From Bryobacteraceae bacterium (lineage in GTDB: Bacteria; Acidobacteriota; Terriglobia; Bryobacterales; Bryobacteraceae): a stretch of 60,443 nucleotides of DNA. The first letter of the stretch is position 1. Every line of letters starts with the position of its first letter. The stretch spans positions 1-60,443 of the forward strand of contig JBAVIH010000097.1 of assembly GCA_049686695.1 (NCBI GenBank). Reading direction: 5' to 3'. The position numbers were made by a program, and so were the translations under genes. The notes beneath the pieces were generated by a model. The model was given only the letters and a program-made list of their open reading frames with translations, searched no databases and was not told where the DNA came from. This document shows, piece by piece, positions 1 through 8,375 of the stretch.

Positions 1-57
1 CTGTCTCACCGGCACTTCGACGGCAGAGTGGGACAGACGCTTTCGTCTGTCAACCTC

Positions 58-714
58 TCAGTGCGTGGGCTCGGCGCCGTCCACGCGCGGCTGGCCGTTG
101 CGCAACTCCATCGATTCGGCCGCGTCGAAGACGAAGCGCCCGGCCAGCAGATCGCGCACCGCATAGGCGGCTTTACCGATGCCCTCGGGACTGTGGTGCG
201 GGCTCCGGGTGAAAATGTGATACAGTTCGTGCGCCAGCACTCTGGCCACCGCGCGTCCGAAAACCAGATCCCGATCGCCGGCCGGCACACCCAGCAGGTC
301 CACCTGGAGGAAGGTGCGGATGCGATCGCAATCCACCGCGCCGAACGGCAGGATGACGCCGTCGCTCTCGTGGGTCCATCCCAGCGCTCCGGGCTGCACC
401 CGGTGCGGGCTGAGGCCGCTCACGTCGCATCGGCCCCGGAAGCGGATCACCGCCAGTTGGGCCGACACTTCGTTGCCGGTCGCAGCCGCCAGCGAGCGCC
501 ATTCCAGGCCGATTCCCAGGCGCCCCATAATGGCTTCCGTTTCGCCGCGAATCGAATCCATCACCGCCGCCGGCGGCTGTCGCTGAAACTCGATGTACAG
601 GGTTGCCGGTGAAACCGGCGGACTCGATTGCGCCCATAATGCCGCGGCGCCCGCCAGGGACACGAACACGAACCCGAGGCGCGGCAGCGGCTTCGTGGCC
701 CTACCCGCAAACAA
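58..714 (-). CDS. Secreted hypothetical protein with HExxH motif (possible zinc metallopeptidase-like)
   Basis: 218-aa ORF. N-terminal hydrophobic signal-like segment (LGFVFVSLAGAAALWA). 'AHELYH' HExxH motif near the C-terminus. No family recognised by eye. Confidence 0.55.
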   Translation of the reverse strand: MFAGRATKPLPRLGFVFVSLAGAAALWAQSSPPVSPATLYIEFQRQPPAAVMDSIRGETEAIMGRLGIGLEWRSLAAATGNEVSAQLAVIRFRGRCDVSGLSPHRVQPGALGWTHESDGVILPFGAVDCDRIRTFLQVDLLGVPAGDRDLVFGRAVARVLAHELYHIFTRSPHHSPEGIGKAAYAVRDLLAGRFVFDAAESMELRNGQPRVDGAEPTH

Positions 715-742
715 GGCGCAACCCCCTTCCGTCGGTCTCCCG

Positions 743-1300
743 CTACCGGGCGGGCCGGCCAGTCGATTCAGACAGGCCGGAAATCAATCCCCGATGCTCG
801 CGGAGCATTTTCCTGGCTGTGTGGCAAGCGAAGCAGATCGGGTTCGCCGCATCCAGCGTTTCCTGCAGCTCCTCCGCCGGGATCTCACTCCATTCCACCG
901 ACACTCCGTCGCCGCGCAGCACGGCGGGTTTGGCGCCGGCCACCGAGATCTCGCCGATCGGCATGCCGCAGGAATGGCAATCCTTGCCTCGATACCAATT
1001 CAACAAGATATTGCGAACCATGCAGCTTTCCGGCGAAGCTTCGATCTGGCTCAGACACTCCTGGCCGCAGCCGCCCTTTTCCGGCCAGCGGGAACAGGAT
1101 TCCAGGCGCAATTGCGGCGATTTTCCCAGCGCCGTCAGCATGATCAGATGCGAATCCAGTGTTACCCCAGCGGGATGCCGATTCTCCGGACAGGTCACTA
1201 CCCGGCGGCCTCTGAACTTCCACCAGGCGCCGGCCAGCCGCCACGCCAGGATGCCGCACACCACCGCGACGATTCCGACCACCAGATACGGCACAGCCAT
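743..1300 (-). CDS. Membrane-anchored cysteine-rich protein (putative metal/Fe-S binding)
   Basis: 185-aa ORF. N-terminal TM helix (VPYLVVGIVAVVCGILAW). Cys motifs CSRWPEKGGCGQEC, CHSCG and CFACH. Lies 28 nt upstream of, and co-oriented with, the 58..714 gene. An AT-rich promoter-like region follows at 1301-1400. Confidence 0.55.
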   Translation of the reverse strand: MAVPYLVVGIVAVVCGILAWRLAGAWWKFRGRRVVTCPENRHPAGVTLDSHLIMLTALGKSPQLRLESCSRWPEKGGCGQECLSQIEASPESCMVRNILLNWYRGKDCHSCGMPIGEISVAGAKPAVLRGDGVSVEWSEIPAEELQETLDAANPICFACHTARKMLREHRGLISGLSESTGRPAR

Positions 1301-1500
1301 ATTAAGCTCCCTTTTTAACTGAATTGCAACATTACAACCGTTAGTAGTTTGCCCGGATACAAAAGTAAACTCGTTGAGACGAAACGGCCGGCGCCGCGGT
1401 CATTTCACTCAACCAGCACAGGAAAGAGCGCCTGCCCCCAGCCCGCTGCGTGCTTTCACCCGATGCGGAAGGGTGCAAAAACCGAAACTCGGACCTCGCT

Positions 1501-2796
1501 TCAGGCAGAAAGTTGGCTTCTCTTCCGGTAGCTTCGTGCCAGCTCCATGTAGACGCCTAAGTCGCGGTCCAGGTCGGATTGGGTGCCGTCGAAATAAAAA
1601 TTGCGGATGGGGATGCCGCCCAGGTCGCGGCTCAGGCGGGGATAGATGGCTTCGCAGACGATGCCGTTCATGCAGGTGAAAGGGCTGATGTCGATGATGC
1701 CGGCGGCGCCTTTCTTCGCCAGGTAAACGGCCTTGCCGACGTTGAGCACCATTTCGCCGAAAGCGCCTTCGCGCGGCAGGTAGGGGCGCGCGCATTCCAG
1801 GACCTCGTAGATATCGGGCTCTTCGCGGCCGGCGAAATCCTCGCCGAAGACTTCCACCAGGCGGTTCTCGTCGTGCTTCTGCACGCGCTGGCGAATCCAC
1901 GAGCCGAGCGCTTCCAGGCTCCAGATGCGGTTTTCGAGCTTGAGCTTGCGGAACACCTCGGAGTTGGTGTACCAGACCCATTCGACGATATCGGAGAGCC
2001 AGGCTTCGGCGCCGTACTGTTCGAGCGAGCCGATCAGGTTCTCGTTGGAAAACGTGTTGAGGCGGCAGAAGATCTCGCCGACGATGCCGATGAGAGGCTG
2101 TTCGCGGTCGCGGCGGGCATCCAGTTTGCGGAAGCGGTCGCGCGCGCGCAGCATGGATTGTTCGAGAGCCGCCAATTGCTCGCCCGGCTCGACCGTGGTG
2201 GTTTCGATGGTGCGGCACAAGTCGGCGAGGCTCTCTTCGTAAGCCCCTTCGGCGTCGCCACGGGCCTGCTCATAGGGCCGGCGCATCAGCAGCAGCTTTT
2301 CCAGCAGGTCGGCGCACAGCAGCGCGCGCCAGCCGCTGCGCACGAACGGTTTGGCCAGGGTGCCCAGCCCATCGTAGGAATTTCCGCTGCTGGGAGAGAG
2401 AATCTGCACTGCCTGGTAGCCGTTCGTATCCAGCACGTGGCGCAGGTAGGGCGCATACTGGCCGAAGCGGCAGGGGCCTTCGGCGGTGGGCATGAAGAAG
2501 GCGATCCGGGTGGGGTCCACCGGCGAATCTTCCAGCAGCTTCATGAAATCGCCAACGGTGACTTTGGCGGGATAGCATTCGTCGCCGGAAGTGTAGCGCG
2601 CGCCGAGCTCGCGGGTGCGGTGGTCGGAGGGCGGCGTGGGTTCGGCGTCCAGACCGATGGCGCGGAAGGCGGCGGCAAAGGCGCGCGCACTGCCGGTGGC
2701 CATCGGCGGAATGTAGATGCGCTTGCCGCTTACTGAATCGCCGGCGGGGCCGCTTGGGCTTCCGGCGGTGCGGGCGGGGTCGAGGACTGGTAGCAT
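1501..2796 (-). CDS. CoA-enzyme activase-associated DUF2229/HgdB-like subunit (C-terminal module of fused activases)
   Basis: The frame contains 'RIYIPPMATGSARAFAAAFRAIGLDAEPTPPSD...GARYTSGDECYPAKV' and 'ISPFTCMNG', typical of the module that follows BcrAD_BadFG ATPase domains in long activase proteins. Start is uncertain: ATG 2796 overlaps the upstream gene by 67 nt; ATG 2703 is the alternative. Confidence 0.7.
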   Translation of the reverse strand: MLPVLDPARTAGSPSGPAGDSVSGKRIYIPPMATGSARAFAAAFRAIGLDAEPTPPSDHRTRELGARYTSGDECYPAKVTVGDFMKLLEDSPVDPTRIAFFMPTAEGPCRFGQYAPYLRHVLDTNGYQAVQILSPSSGNSYDGLGTLAKPFVRSGWRALLCADLLEKLLLMRRPYEQARGDAEGAYEESLADLCRTIETTTVEPGEQLAALEQSMLRARDRFRKLDARRDREQPLIGIVGEIFCRLNTFSNENLIGSLEQYGAEAWLSDIVEWVWYTNSEVFRKLKLENRIWSLEALGSWIRQRVQKHDENRLVEVFGEDFAGREEPDIYEVLECARPYLPREGAFGEMVLNVGKAVYLAKKGAAGIIDISPFTCMNGIVCEAIYPRLSRDLGGIPIRNFYFDGTQSDLDRDLGVYMELARSYRKRSQLSA

Positions 2797-5795
2797 CGCA
2801 GAATTCCTTTGCTGTCGAGGTAGGCTTCGCAGCGCGTCATGTAGCCCGCATCGTTGCCGTGGCCGTCGAACTGGAGGATCAGCAGCGGCGCGCCGGCGGC
2901 CTGGCGGGCGAAGTGCTTGATGTAGGACTCGGGCCCGCACTTGAAGTTGGTGATATAGACCAGGTGCAGATTGGGACGCGCGGCGGCCTGGCGCGCGGCT
3001 TCCAGTATTTTGCGGCCGGAGATCCAGAACATGTTCGAGCCGAGGCCGGCCATCGATTCGCGGCCGGTCACCAGGAAATCGAGCGGAATCACGTTGGCGC
3101 CGTAACGGTGGCGCAGCTTGCGCGGGATGTCGCAGTTCACGCCGCGGTCATAGATGTTGTAGCCGCGTCCGGCCAGCACCAGGCCGGGTTCGCCGGTTTC
3201 ATCCAGCGTGGCGATGGCGCGGCGGCCGGCTGCGATCAGCTTGTCCTGGAAGCCGCGCTGTTCGGCGAAGGCGGCATCCACCGCGCGGTCGCTCGCCCGG
3301 CGCTTGATGCCGATGCGGCCCATGGTCTCGGCCAGCGCCTTCTTGATCTGCCCAGGCCCAAGCTGGAAGTGCAGCGTCGGAATCAGGAAGCGGTGCTGGT
3401 GCGGCTCGAGGGCCGGCACGGCGCGCAGCACCCAGGGCAGGGTCTGGCTCCAGGGGCAGTAGTGCGCGGCGCCGGAGTTCTCGCCGGAATCGGCATCCAC
3501 CAGGTTGGGCAGCAGGATGTAATCGACGCCCTGGTTGATCAGCGCCTGCACGTGGCCGTGCGCCACCTGCACCGGGTAGCAGGGCTGCGCTACCGCCATT
3601 TCGATGCCATTTGCGGAAATGCGCGGGTCGGTCACCGGCGAAAGCACGGTGGGGATGCCCAACTCGGCGAAGTAGCGGCGCCAGAACGGCTGGTTGTCGA
3701 GCATCGCCATGGCTCGCGGCAGGCCCACCCGGAACGGGCCCCCGGTCGCGTTGGGAAGCGCCTCGAGCAGTTGCTCGCGGTAGGCGAACAGGTCATCGAT
3801 CACCGGCTTGCGGCCGGTGGGCGAAGGCTTGCGGAACTTGTCCGAGCATTTGTCGCCCCAGTAGCTCTTCTGCCCCTCGATGACAAACTCCTTCATGTCG
3901 CATAAGTTGGAGCAGGCCTTGCAAACGAAGTCGCGGCTCGAGAGTTCCAGCTTCTGCAAATCGTAACCGCGGAAGCGGCTCTTGCCTCCGGTGGCCTGGT
4001 GCCATTGGCGCGCGATGAGTGCCATTCCGATGGCACCCATCACCCCGTTGTACGGCGGCACGGTGATCTTCTTTTCGAGTGTGCTGGCGAAGGCGGCGGT
4101 GACGGCATCGTTGTACGCCGTGCCGCCCTGGAAGTAGATCACTTTCCCGATCTTGCGCCCGCGCACCACCCGGTTCAGATAATTGAGCGCGATCGAATAC
4201 GCCAGGCCGGCCACCAGGTTGGGCACGGTTTCGCCCTTGTGCAGCCAGCCGGTGACGTCGCGCTCCATGAAGACCGTGCAGCGCTCGCCCAGGCGGGTTG
4301 GGCTGGCGGCAGCAAGCGCCAGCTTGGCGAACTCGCCCTTGATGTTGACGCCCAGCTTCTCGGCCTGCTCCTCGAGGAACGAACCGGTGCCCGCCGCGCA
4401 AGCCTCGTTCATGGCGAAATCCACCACCACGCCGTGTTCGATCGAGATGAACTTGGAATCCTGGCCGCCGATCTCGAAAATGGTGTCCACCGGCTCGCCG
4501 CCGAGCGTGCTCGAGATGTGGATGGCGCCGGTTTTGTGCGCGGTGATTTCGTCGTTGACCGAATCGGCGCCGACGAATTCGGCGATCAGTTCGCGCCCGC
4601 TCCCGGTGGTGCCCACGCCGCGAATCTCCAGCCGGTCGCCCCACAGCTTTTCGACCTCGCTCAGGCCCTGCTGCACGGCCTCGATGGGCCGGCCGGCGGT
4701 GCGCAGATATACGTCGTGGATCACCGTGCCGTTTTCGTCGATCGCCACCACGTTGGTGGAAACCGAGCCGATATCCAGGCCCAGGTACGCCGGGATGGGT
4801 TTTCCATCGGGAGGCGGAGTGTAGACGCCCACGCGGTCGCGCAGCTGGATCACGTTTTCGGTCGCCAGTGGTTTCGAATCCTGCACCGGGACTTCGGAAT
4901 CGTGCTGGGCCAGCCGGTGTATTTCCAGAATCGAGCGCTTGCGCGTCTCTTCGGCCTCGAGAATGGCCGTGCCAATGGCGCCGCACCAGGCGTATTGTTC
5001 GGGGATGAGCAGCTCTTCCGGGCGCAGGTTGAAGGCTTCCGCCAGCGCCCTGGTGACGCCTGCGTTTTGGGAAACCGCGCCGATCAGCGCCACCGGCGCT
5101 TCCACCTTGCGGCCTTTGACGATGGAGCTCTTGAAATTGCGCGCCACCGCGTCGCACAGGCCGCGCAGAATTTCGGCCGGCTGGTAACCCTTCTGCTGGG
5201 CGTGGATCATGTCGCTCTTGGCGAACACCGAGCAGCGGCCGGCAATCCGGGCGGAGGAGCAGGCACCGCACACCAGGCCGCCTACCTCTTCCACCGAATA
5301 CTCCATGCGCAGCGCCTGCTGGTCGAGGAAGGAACCCGTGCCGGCGGCGCATTCGCCGGAGCGGTCGTAATCCTGGATGCCGGTCGCATCCAGGCGCATG
5401 TACTTCGAGCTTTCGCCGCCGATTTCGAACACCGTGCGGACCTGCGGGAAGAAGGCCGCCATCATGCGTGCGATGGCTTTGAATTCGTTCTCGAAGAACA
5501 GGCCCAGCACCTTGGCGATGGTGCGGCTGCCCGAGCCGGTGACGCGGATGCCTTCCACCCGTACCTCGGGAACGGTTTCGTAAAACTCGTCCAGCAGGTC
5601 GTAGGTGGATTGGATCGGACTGCCCGAGATGCGGCGGTAATCGGACAGCACCAGCGGGCGCCCATCGAACTCCGTCAGGCGGAATTCCGGGCGGGCGGCG
5701 CAGAGGCTCTCCAGGATCGGCCGGTCGGCGGTTTTACCCAGGGCAGCGAGCTTGAGGCTGATGGCCCCAATGTCCAGCCCGAGATTGATACCCAT
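2730..5795 (-). CDS. BadF/BadG/BcrA/BcrD-type double-ATPase CoA-substrate-specific enzyme activase fused to an HgdB-like domain
   Basis: 1021-aa ORF. Two acetate/sugar-kinase-fold ATPase repeats ('GINLGLDIGAISLK...', 'YLGLDIGSVSTNVV...') each carry a 'EIGGQDSK'/'EIGGESSK' motif and a cluster-ligand-like 'CAAGTGSFL' motif. C-terminal dehydratase-component-like region. Confidence 0.85.
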   Translation of the reverse strand: MGINLGLDIGAISLKLAALGKTADRPILESLCAARPEFRLTEFDGRPLVLSDYRRISGSPIQSTYDLLDEFYETVPEVRVEGIRVTGSGSRTIAKVLGLFFENEFKAIARMMAAFFPQVRTVFEIGGESSKYMRLDATGIQDYDRSGECAAGTGSFLDQQALRMEYSVEEVGGLVCGACSSARIAGRCSVFAKSDMIHAQQKGYQPAEILRGLCDAVARNFKSSIVKGRKVEAPVALIGAVSQNAGVTRALAEAFNLRPEELLIPEQYAWCGAIGTAILEAEETRKRSILEIHRLAQHDSEVPVQDSKPLATENVIQLRDRVGVYTPPPDGKPIPAYLGLDIGSVSTNVVAIDENGTVIHDVYLRTAGRPIEAVQQGLSEVEKLWGDRLEIRGVGTTGSGRELIAEFVGADSVNDEITAHKTGAIHISSTLGGEPVDTIFEIGGQDSKFISIEHGVVVDFAMNEACAAGTGSFLEEQAEKLGVNIKGEFAKLALAAASPTRLGERCTVFMERDVTGWLHKGETVPNLVAGLAYSIALNYLNRVVRGRKIGKVIYFQGGTAYNDAVTAAFASTLEKKITVPPYNGVMGAIGMALIARQWHQATGGKSRFRGYDLQKLELSSRDFVCKACSNLCDMKEFVIEGQKSYWGDKCSDKFRKPSPTGRKPVIDDLFAYREQLLEALPNATGGPFRVGLPRAMAMLDNQPFWRRYFAELGIPTVLSPVTDPRISANGIEMAVAQPCYPVQVAHGHVQALINQGVDYILLPNLVDADSGENSGAAHYCPWSQTLPWVLRAVPALEPHQHRFLIPTLHFQLGPGQIKKALAETMGRIGIKRRASDRAVDAAFAEQRGFQDKLIAAGRRAIATLDETGEPGLVLAGRGYNIYDRGVNCDIPRKLRHRYGANVIPLDFLVTGRESMAGLGSNMFWISGRKILEAARQAAARPNLHLVYITNFKCGPESYIKHFARQAAGAPLLILQFDGHGNDAGYMTRCEAYLDSKGILRCYQSSTPPAPPEAQAAPPAIQ

Positions 5796-5975
5796 TCTCT
5801 ACAGTGTGGAGCGGAAAGCCGCAAGTTTTCAATCAAACAGACCCGAATTGCCGAAATCGGGGCCTGAACGGGGTAGGGTGAAGGGCGGAGGGGTTGGCGC
5901 GGGTGTAGGATTTCCCGGCAAGCGCGTAGAGCTTCATCCGACAGGGGCTCTGGGCCCTGATCTTCCGTCGACCTC

Positions 5976-6278
5976 CTAGGCGGCTTCGGACCGCGGCGTG
6001 ACCGCCTTCTCGATCTCTCGTTGCCTGGCCTGCCGGGTGGTGCGTAGGTCGTACTCGAGCTGGAGACCGAGCCAGAATTCGGCAGAGGTTCCCAGGTAGC
6101 GCGCCAGGCGGAGGGCGGTATCGGCCGTAATTCCCCTGCGGCCACGCACGACATCGTTGAGGCGGGTCGCAGTGATGCCCAATGCTTTGGCGAGTTGGTT
6201 CACGCTCATGCCCAGCGGCTCGAGGACATCCTCGCGTATGGACTCGCCGGGATGGGGAACTGTTATCGGATTAGCCAT
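5976..6278 (-). CDS. higA: HigA-type antitoxin (XRE-family HTH)
   Basis: 100 aa. 'HPGE...LEPLGMSVNQLAKALGITATRLNDVVRGRRGITADTALRLARYLGTSAEFWLGLQ..YDL' is the classic HigA/VapI signature. Lies immediately downstream of higB. Confidence 0.85.
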   Translation of the reverse strand: MANPITVPHPGESIREDVLEPLGMSVNQLAKALGITATRLNDVVRGRRGITADTALRLARYLGTSAEFWLGLQLEYDLRTTRQARQREIEKAVTPRSEAA

Positions 6279-6290
6279 AACACTATGCTC

Positions 6291-6569
6291 CTAATGGTAG
6301 TCGGTGATCTCCGCGTCGAAGGCGTCGCCATCTTTCCAGTTAAAACAGATGCGGTATTGGTCGTTGACCCGTATGCTGTGTTGCCCCTTCCTGGTGCCCT
6401 TCAGGGCTTCCAAGCGATGGCCGGGAATCGCCGCCAAATCGCTCAGCGAGGTCGCCCGGTTCAGATGAATGAGCTTGCGGAGCGCGGTCTTTTCGATGGA
6501 GCGAAACTGCTTCGACGACTGCTGCAGAAACACCCTTTCCGTTTCGCCGTCTCGAAAAGATCGAATCAC
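6291..6569 (-). CDS. higB: HigB-type toxin (RelE/ParE superfamily, plasmid maintenance killer protein)
   Basis: 92 aa from GTG at 6569 ('VIRSFRDGETERVF...HRLEALKGTRKGQHSIRVNDQYRICFNWKDGDAFDAEITDYH'). Same length and motifs as the second copy at 23161. The longer ORF to 6818 has no support. Confidence 0.85.
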   Translation of the reverse strand: MIRSFRDGETERVFLQQSSKQFRSIEKTALRKLIHLNRATSLSDLAAIPGHRLEALKGTRKGQHSIRVNDQYRICFNWKDGDAFDAEITDYH

Positions 6570-6574
6570 AAATA

Positions 6575-6596
6575 TATCGTATACCGGTATACGATA
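6575..6596. promoter_or_regulatory. 22-bp perfect palindrome, candidate HigA/HigBA operator
   Basis: 'tatcgtataccggtatacgata' is its own reverse complement. It begins 6 nt upstream of the higB GTG start, in the 104-bp divergent intergenic region. Confidence 0.5.
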
Positions 6597-6672
6597 AATT
6601 GCAAGGTGGGACCGTGCGGCAGTACGACGCATTCGTTCACGCCGCTGTCGGCTATGCTGGAACTTCCTCTTC

Positions 6673-7080
6673 ATGCGCCGGTACGTCATTCTCAGCAACC
6701 CGAAGCGGGTGATCATCGCGCTCGTGCACACGGTGGCGTTTCTGCTGCTGGCCGTGTACACGGGGACGCTGCTGGTGCGGCCGTTGCACGCCGGTTCGCC
6801 CGCATCGGGGTGGATCATAATGGGCGTCTACGTTGCCATCACCTCCGCGCTGCTGGTGCTGGCCGCGGTCAGCGGCAATGCCATCGAGCGGGTCTATTTC
6901 GGGCTCTGCACGACCAGCGCCGGGTTCGGGTTGGCGCGGCAAATTCTTGGCGATGTGGGCATCCCCGCCGCGGTCTATGTGCGGGTGGCGATGCTGGCCT
7001 GCGCGGTGGCGATGGGAGCGGTGATCCTGCGCGAATACCGTAGCGGCACCGCAGCCAGCAGACGCTCACCCGCCGACTAG
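6673..7080 (+). CDS. Small integral membrane protein (about 4 TM helices), unknown function
   Basis: 135-aa ORF with four hydrophobic stretches and GC-rich third codon positions. No recognisable family. Confidence 0.45.
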   Translation: MRRYVILSNPKRVIIALVHTVAFLLLAVYTGTLLVRPLHAGSPASGWIIMGVYVAITSALLVLAAVSGNAIERVYFGLCTTSAGFGLARQILGDVGIPAAVYVRVAMLACAVAMGAVILREYRSGTAASRRSPAD

Positions 7081-7105
7081 CCAGTGTTGGAATACCAGAT
7101 TTTCG

Positions 7106-7122
7106 TGTCTGAAAATCAGACA
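7106..7122 (+). terminator. Short hairpin downstream of 6673..7080 (weak terminator candidate)
   Basis: 'tgtctga-aaa-tcagaca' forms a 7-bp stem. An overlapping alternative stem is gattttc/gaaaatc (7098..7117). No clear T-tract. Confidence 0.2.
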
Positions 7123-7207
7123 TAACCAAGCCTTCCACACAGCCTAACTCAATTCCTTTCAGCACGGCCATTCTCGTGCAGTGATCCGTTACGGAAGGAG
7201 AAGTATC

Positions 7208-7486
7208 TTGAGCGATTCATCTACTTACTGGCTGACCATTACCAACATCGGGTTGGGTGTGGTGACGCTGATTTGCTGCATCGCGGTGGCCTTCGGAGTG
7301 GTACAGGAACTGGCCGCCAAACGGAAGAAGAAGGCGGCGCTATCGGCGCTCGACAATGAGGTGTCCGACCTGGCTGCCTCGTTCGGCGACGGGCACGCAT
7401 TTCAATTCCCGCAACTCGGGCTGACCATGGCGGATGGCGGCGAGCCAACCGGCGAGAAGCAAGCCCCGAAAGAAAAAGAGCGGTAG
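7208..7486 (+). CDS. Small single-pass membrane protein, first gene of the cytochrome/NrfD operon
   Basis: TTG at 7208 is preceded by GGAAGGAG (7193-7200). TM helix 'WLTITNIGLGVVTLICCIAVAFGVV' is followed by a Lys-rich and an acidic tail. The ORF track starts at GTG 7181. Confidence 0.45.
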   Translation: MSDSSTYWLTITNIGLGVVTLICCIAVAFGVVQELAAKRKKKAALSALDNEVSDLAASFGDGHAFQFPQLGLTMADGGEPTGEKQAPKEKER

Positions 7487-7490
7487 CCGC

Positions 7491-8375
7491 ATGACCTGCC
7501 CCTTCCTCAGAGAAGCGCAAGTCAAATTCTGCCACGCTTCCAGCGTGCGGAAGCTGATTCCGCTGAGCGTGGGGCCGGCTGGCGGAGGGCGCGCGGAGGA
7601 AAAATGTTCCTCGGCCGCCTATCTCACCTGCCGGGTGTATCAATCGCACGCCATGGAAGGACCCGCGGACGGCCCATGCCCGTGCCTGGGAGAGTCGCTG
7701 ATGCAATACTGCGCGGCGGCGCCGGTGGCGAAGCTGGTGCCGTTCAGCGAATCGCTGCTTTCCCGCTGCGGCACGGACAGCCACCGTTACTGCGAACTCT
7801 ACGGTTCGATGGCGCACCCGGTGGCGGCCGGCGACGAAGTGGACGGGATCGCCATGCCGGCCGAGCTGCGCTACGCGGCCAACCATATGTGGCTGGAGGT
7901 GGGCGAGGGCGGCCAATGCCACGCCGGCATCGACGCCTTTCTGAGCCGCGCCATCGGCAACGTGGAGCGCGTTCAGTATGTGTGGCAGCAGGGGCTGCAC
8001 CGCCCGGCGGCGATTCTGACGGCGGGCGGAACCGATTGGGAAGTGGTGTTCCCCAATCCGCTGCTGCTGACTGCCTGCAACCTGTACCTGCGCGCCAACC
8101 CGGCCCGCCTCAATTCCGAACCGTACACGGCAGGATGGCTGTTCGAAGGGAACCTGGCCGAAGGCACCACCGACAACCTGATGCAAGGCGCGCCGGCCAG
8201 GGAGTGGATGGAGCACGACCTGCAGCGCATCCACGAATCTTTGCAGCGCGGCTCCGGCATGGCCGCCGACGGCGGGTTGTTCGTCGCGGGCGTGTTGAGC
8301 AGCCTGGACCGCGAATCCAGGCCGGCGCTGTTTCACGAGTTTTTCTCGCCGTTCGCGAGCGGGAAGAGGATCTGA
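7491..8375 (+). CDS. Cys-rich protein with two tandem CPxL...C modules and a C-terminal glycine-cleavage-H-like (GcvH-fold) domain
   Basis: 294 aa from ATG 7491. Duplicated module: 'CPFLREAQVKFCHASSVRKLIPLS...C...YLTCRVY' and 'CPCLGESLMQYCAAAPVAKLVPFS...C...RYCELY'. The C-terminal half, 'HMWLEVGEGGQCHAGIDAF...NP.RLNSEPYTAGWLFEG', resembles GcvH. Confidence 0.7.
   Translation: MTCPFLREAQVKFCHASSVRKLIPLSVGPAGGGRAEEKCSSAAYLTCRVYQSHAMEGPADGPCPCLGESLMQYCAAAPVAKLVPFSESLLSRCGTDSHRYCELYGSMAHPVAAGDEVDGIAMPAELRYAANHMWLEVGEGGQCHAGIDAFLSRAIGNVERVQYVWQQGLHRPAAILTAGGTDWEVVFPNPLLLTACNLYLRANPARLNSEPYTAGWLFEGNLAEGTTDNLMQGAPAREWMEHDLQRIHESLQRGSGMAADGGLFVAGVLSSLDRESRPALFHEFFSPFASGKRI

Noticed and set aside
3793-5867. 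622-aa plus-strand ORF (3999..5867) and 519-aa minus-strand alternative-frame ORF (3793..5352)
   Set aside because: Both overlap the BcrA/BadF-type activase gene. Only the 2730..5795 frame shows ATPase and cluster motifs.
6195-7043. 282-aa plus-strand ORF, and the long version of the higB ORF (6291..6818)
   Set aside because: The plus-strand ORF runs antisense through higB and then out of frame through the membrane-protein gene. The long higB version adds about 80 non-homologous residues upstream of the conserved '(V/M)IRSFR' N-terminus and runs through the palindromic operator.
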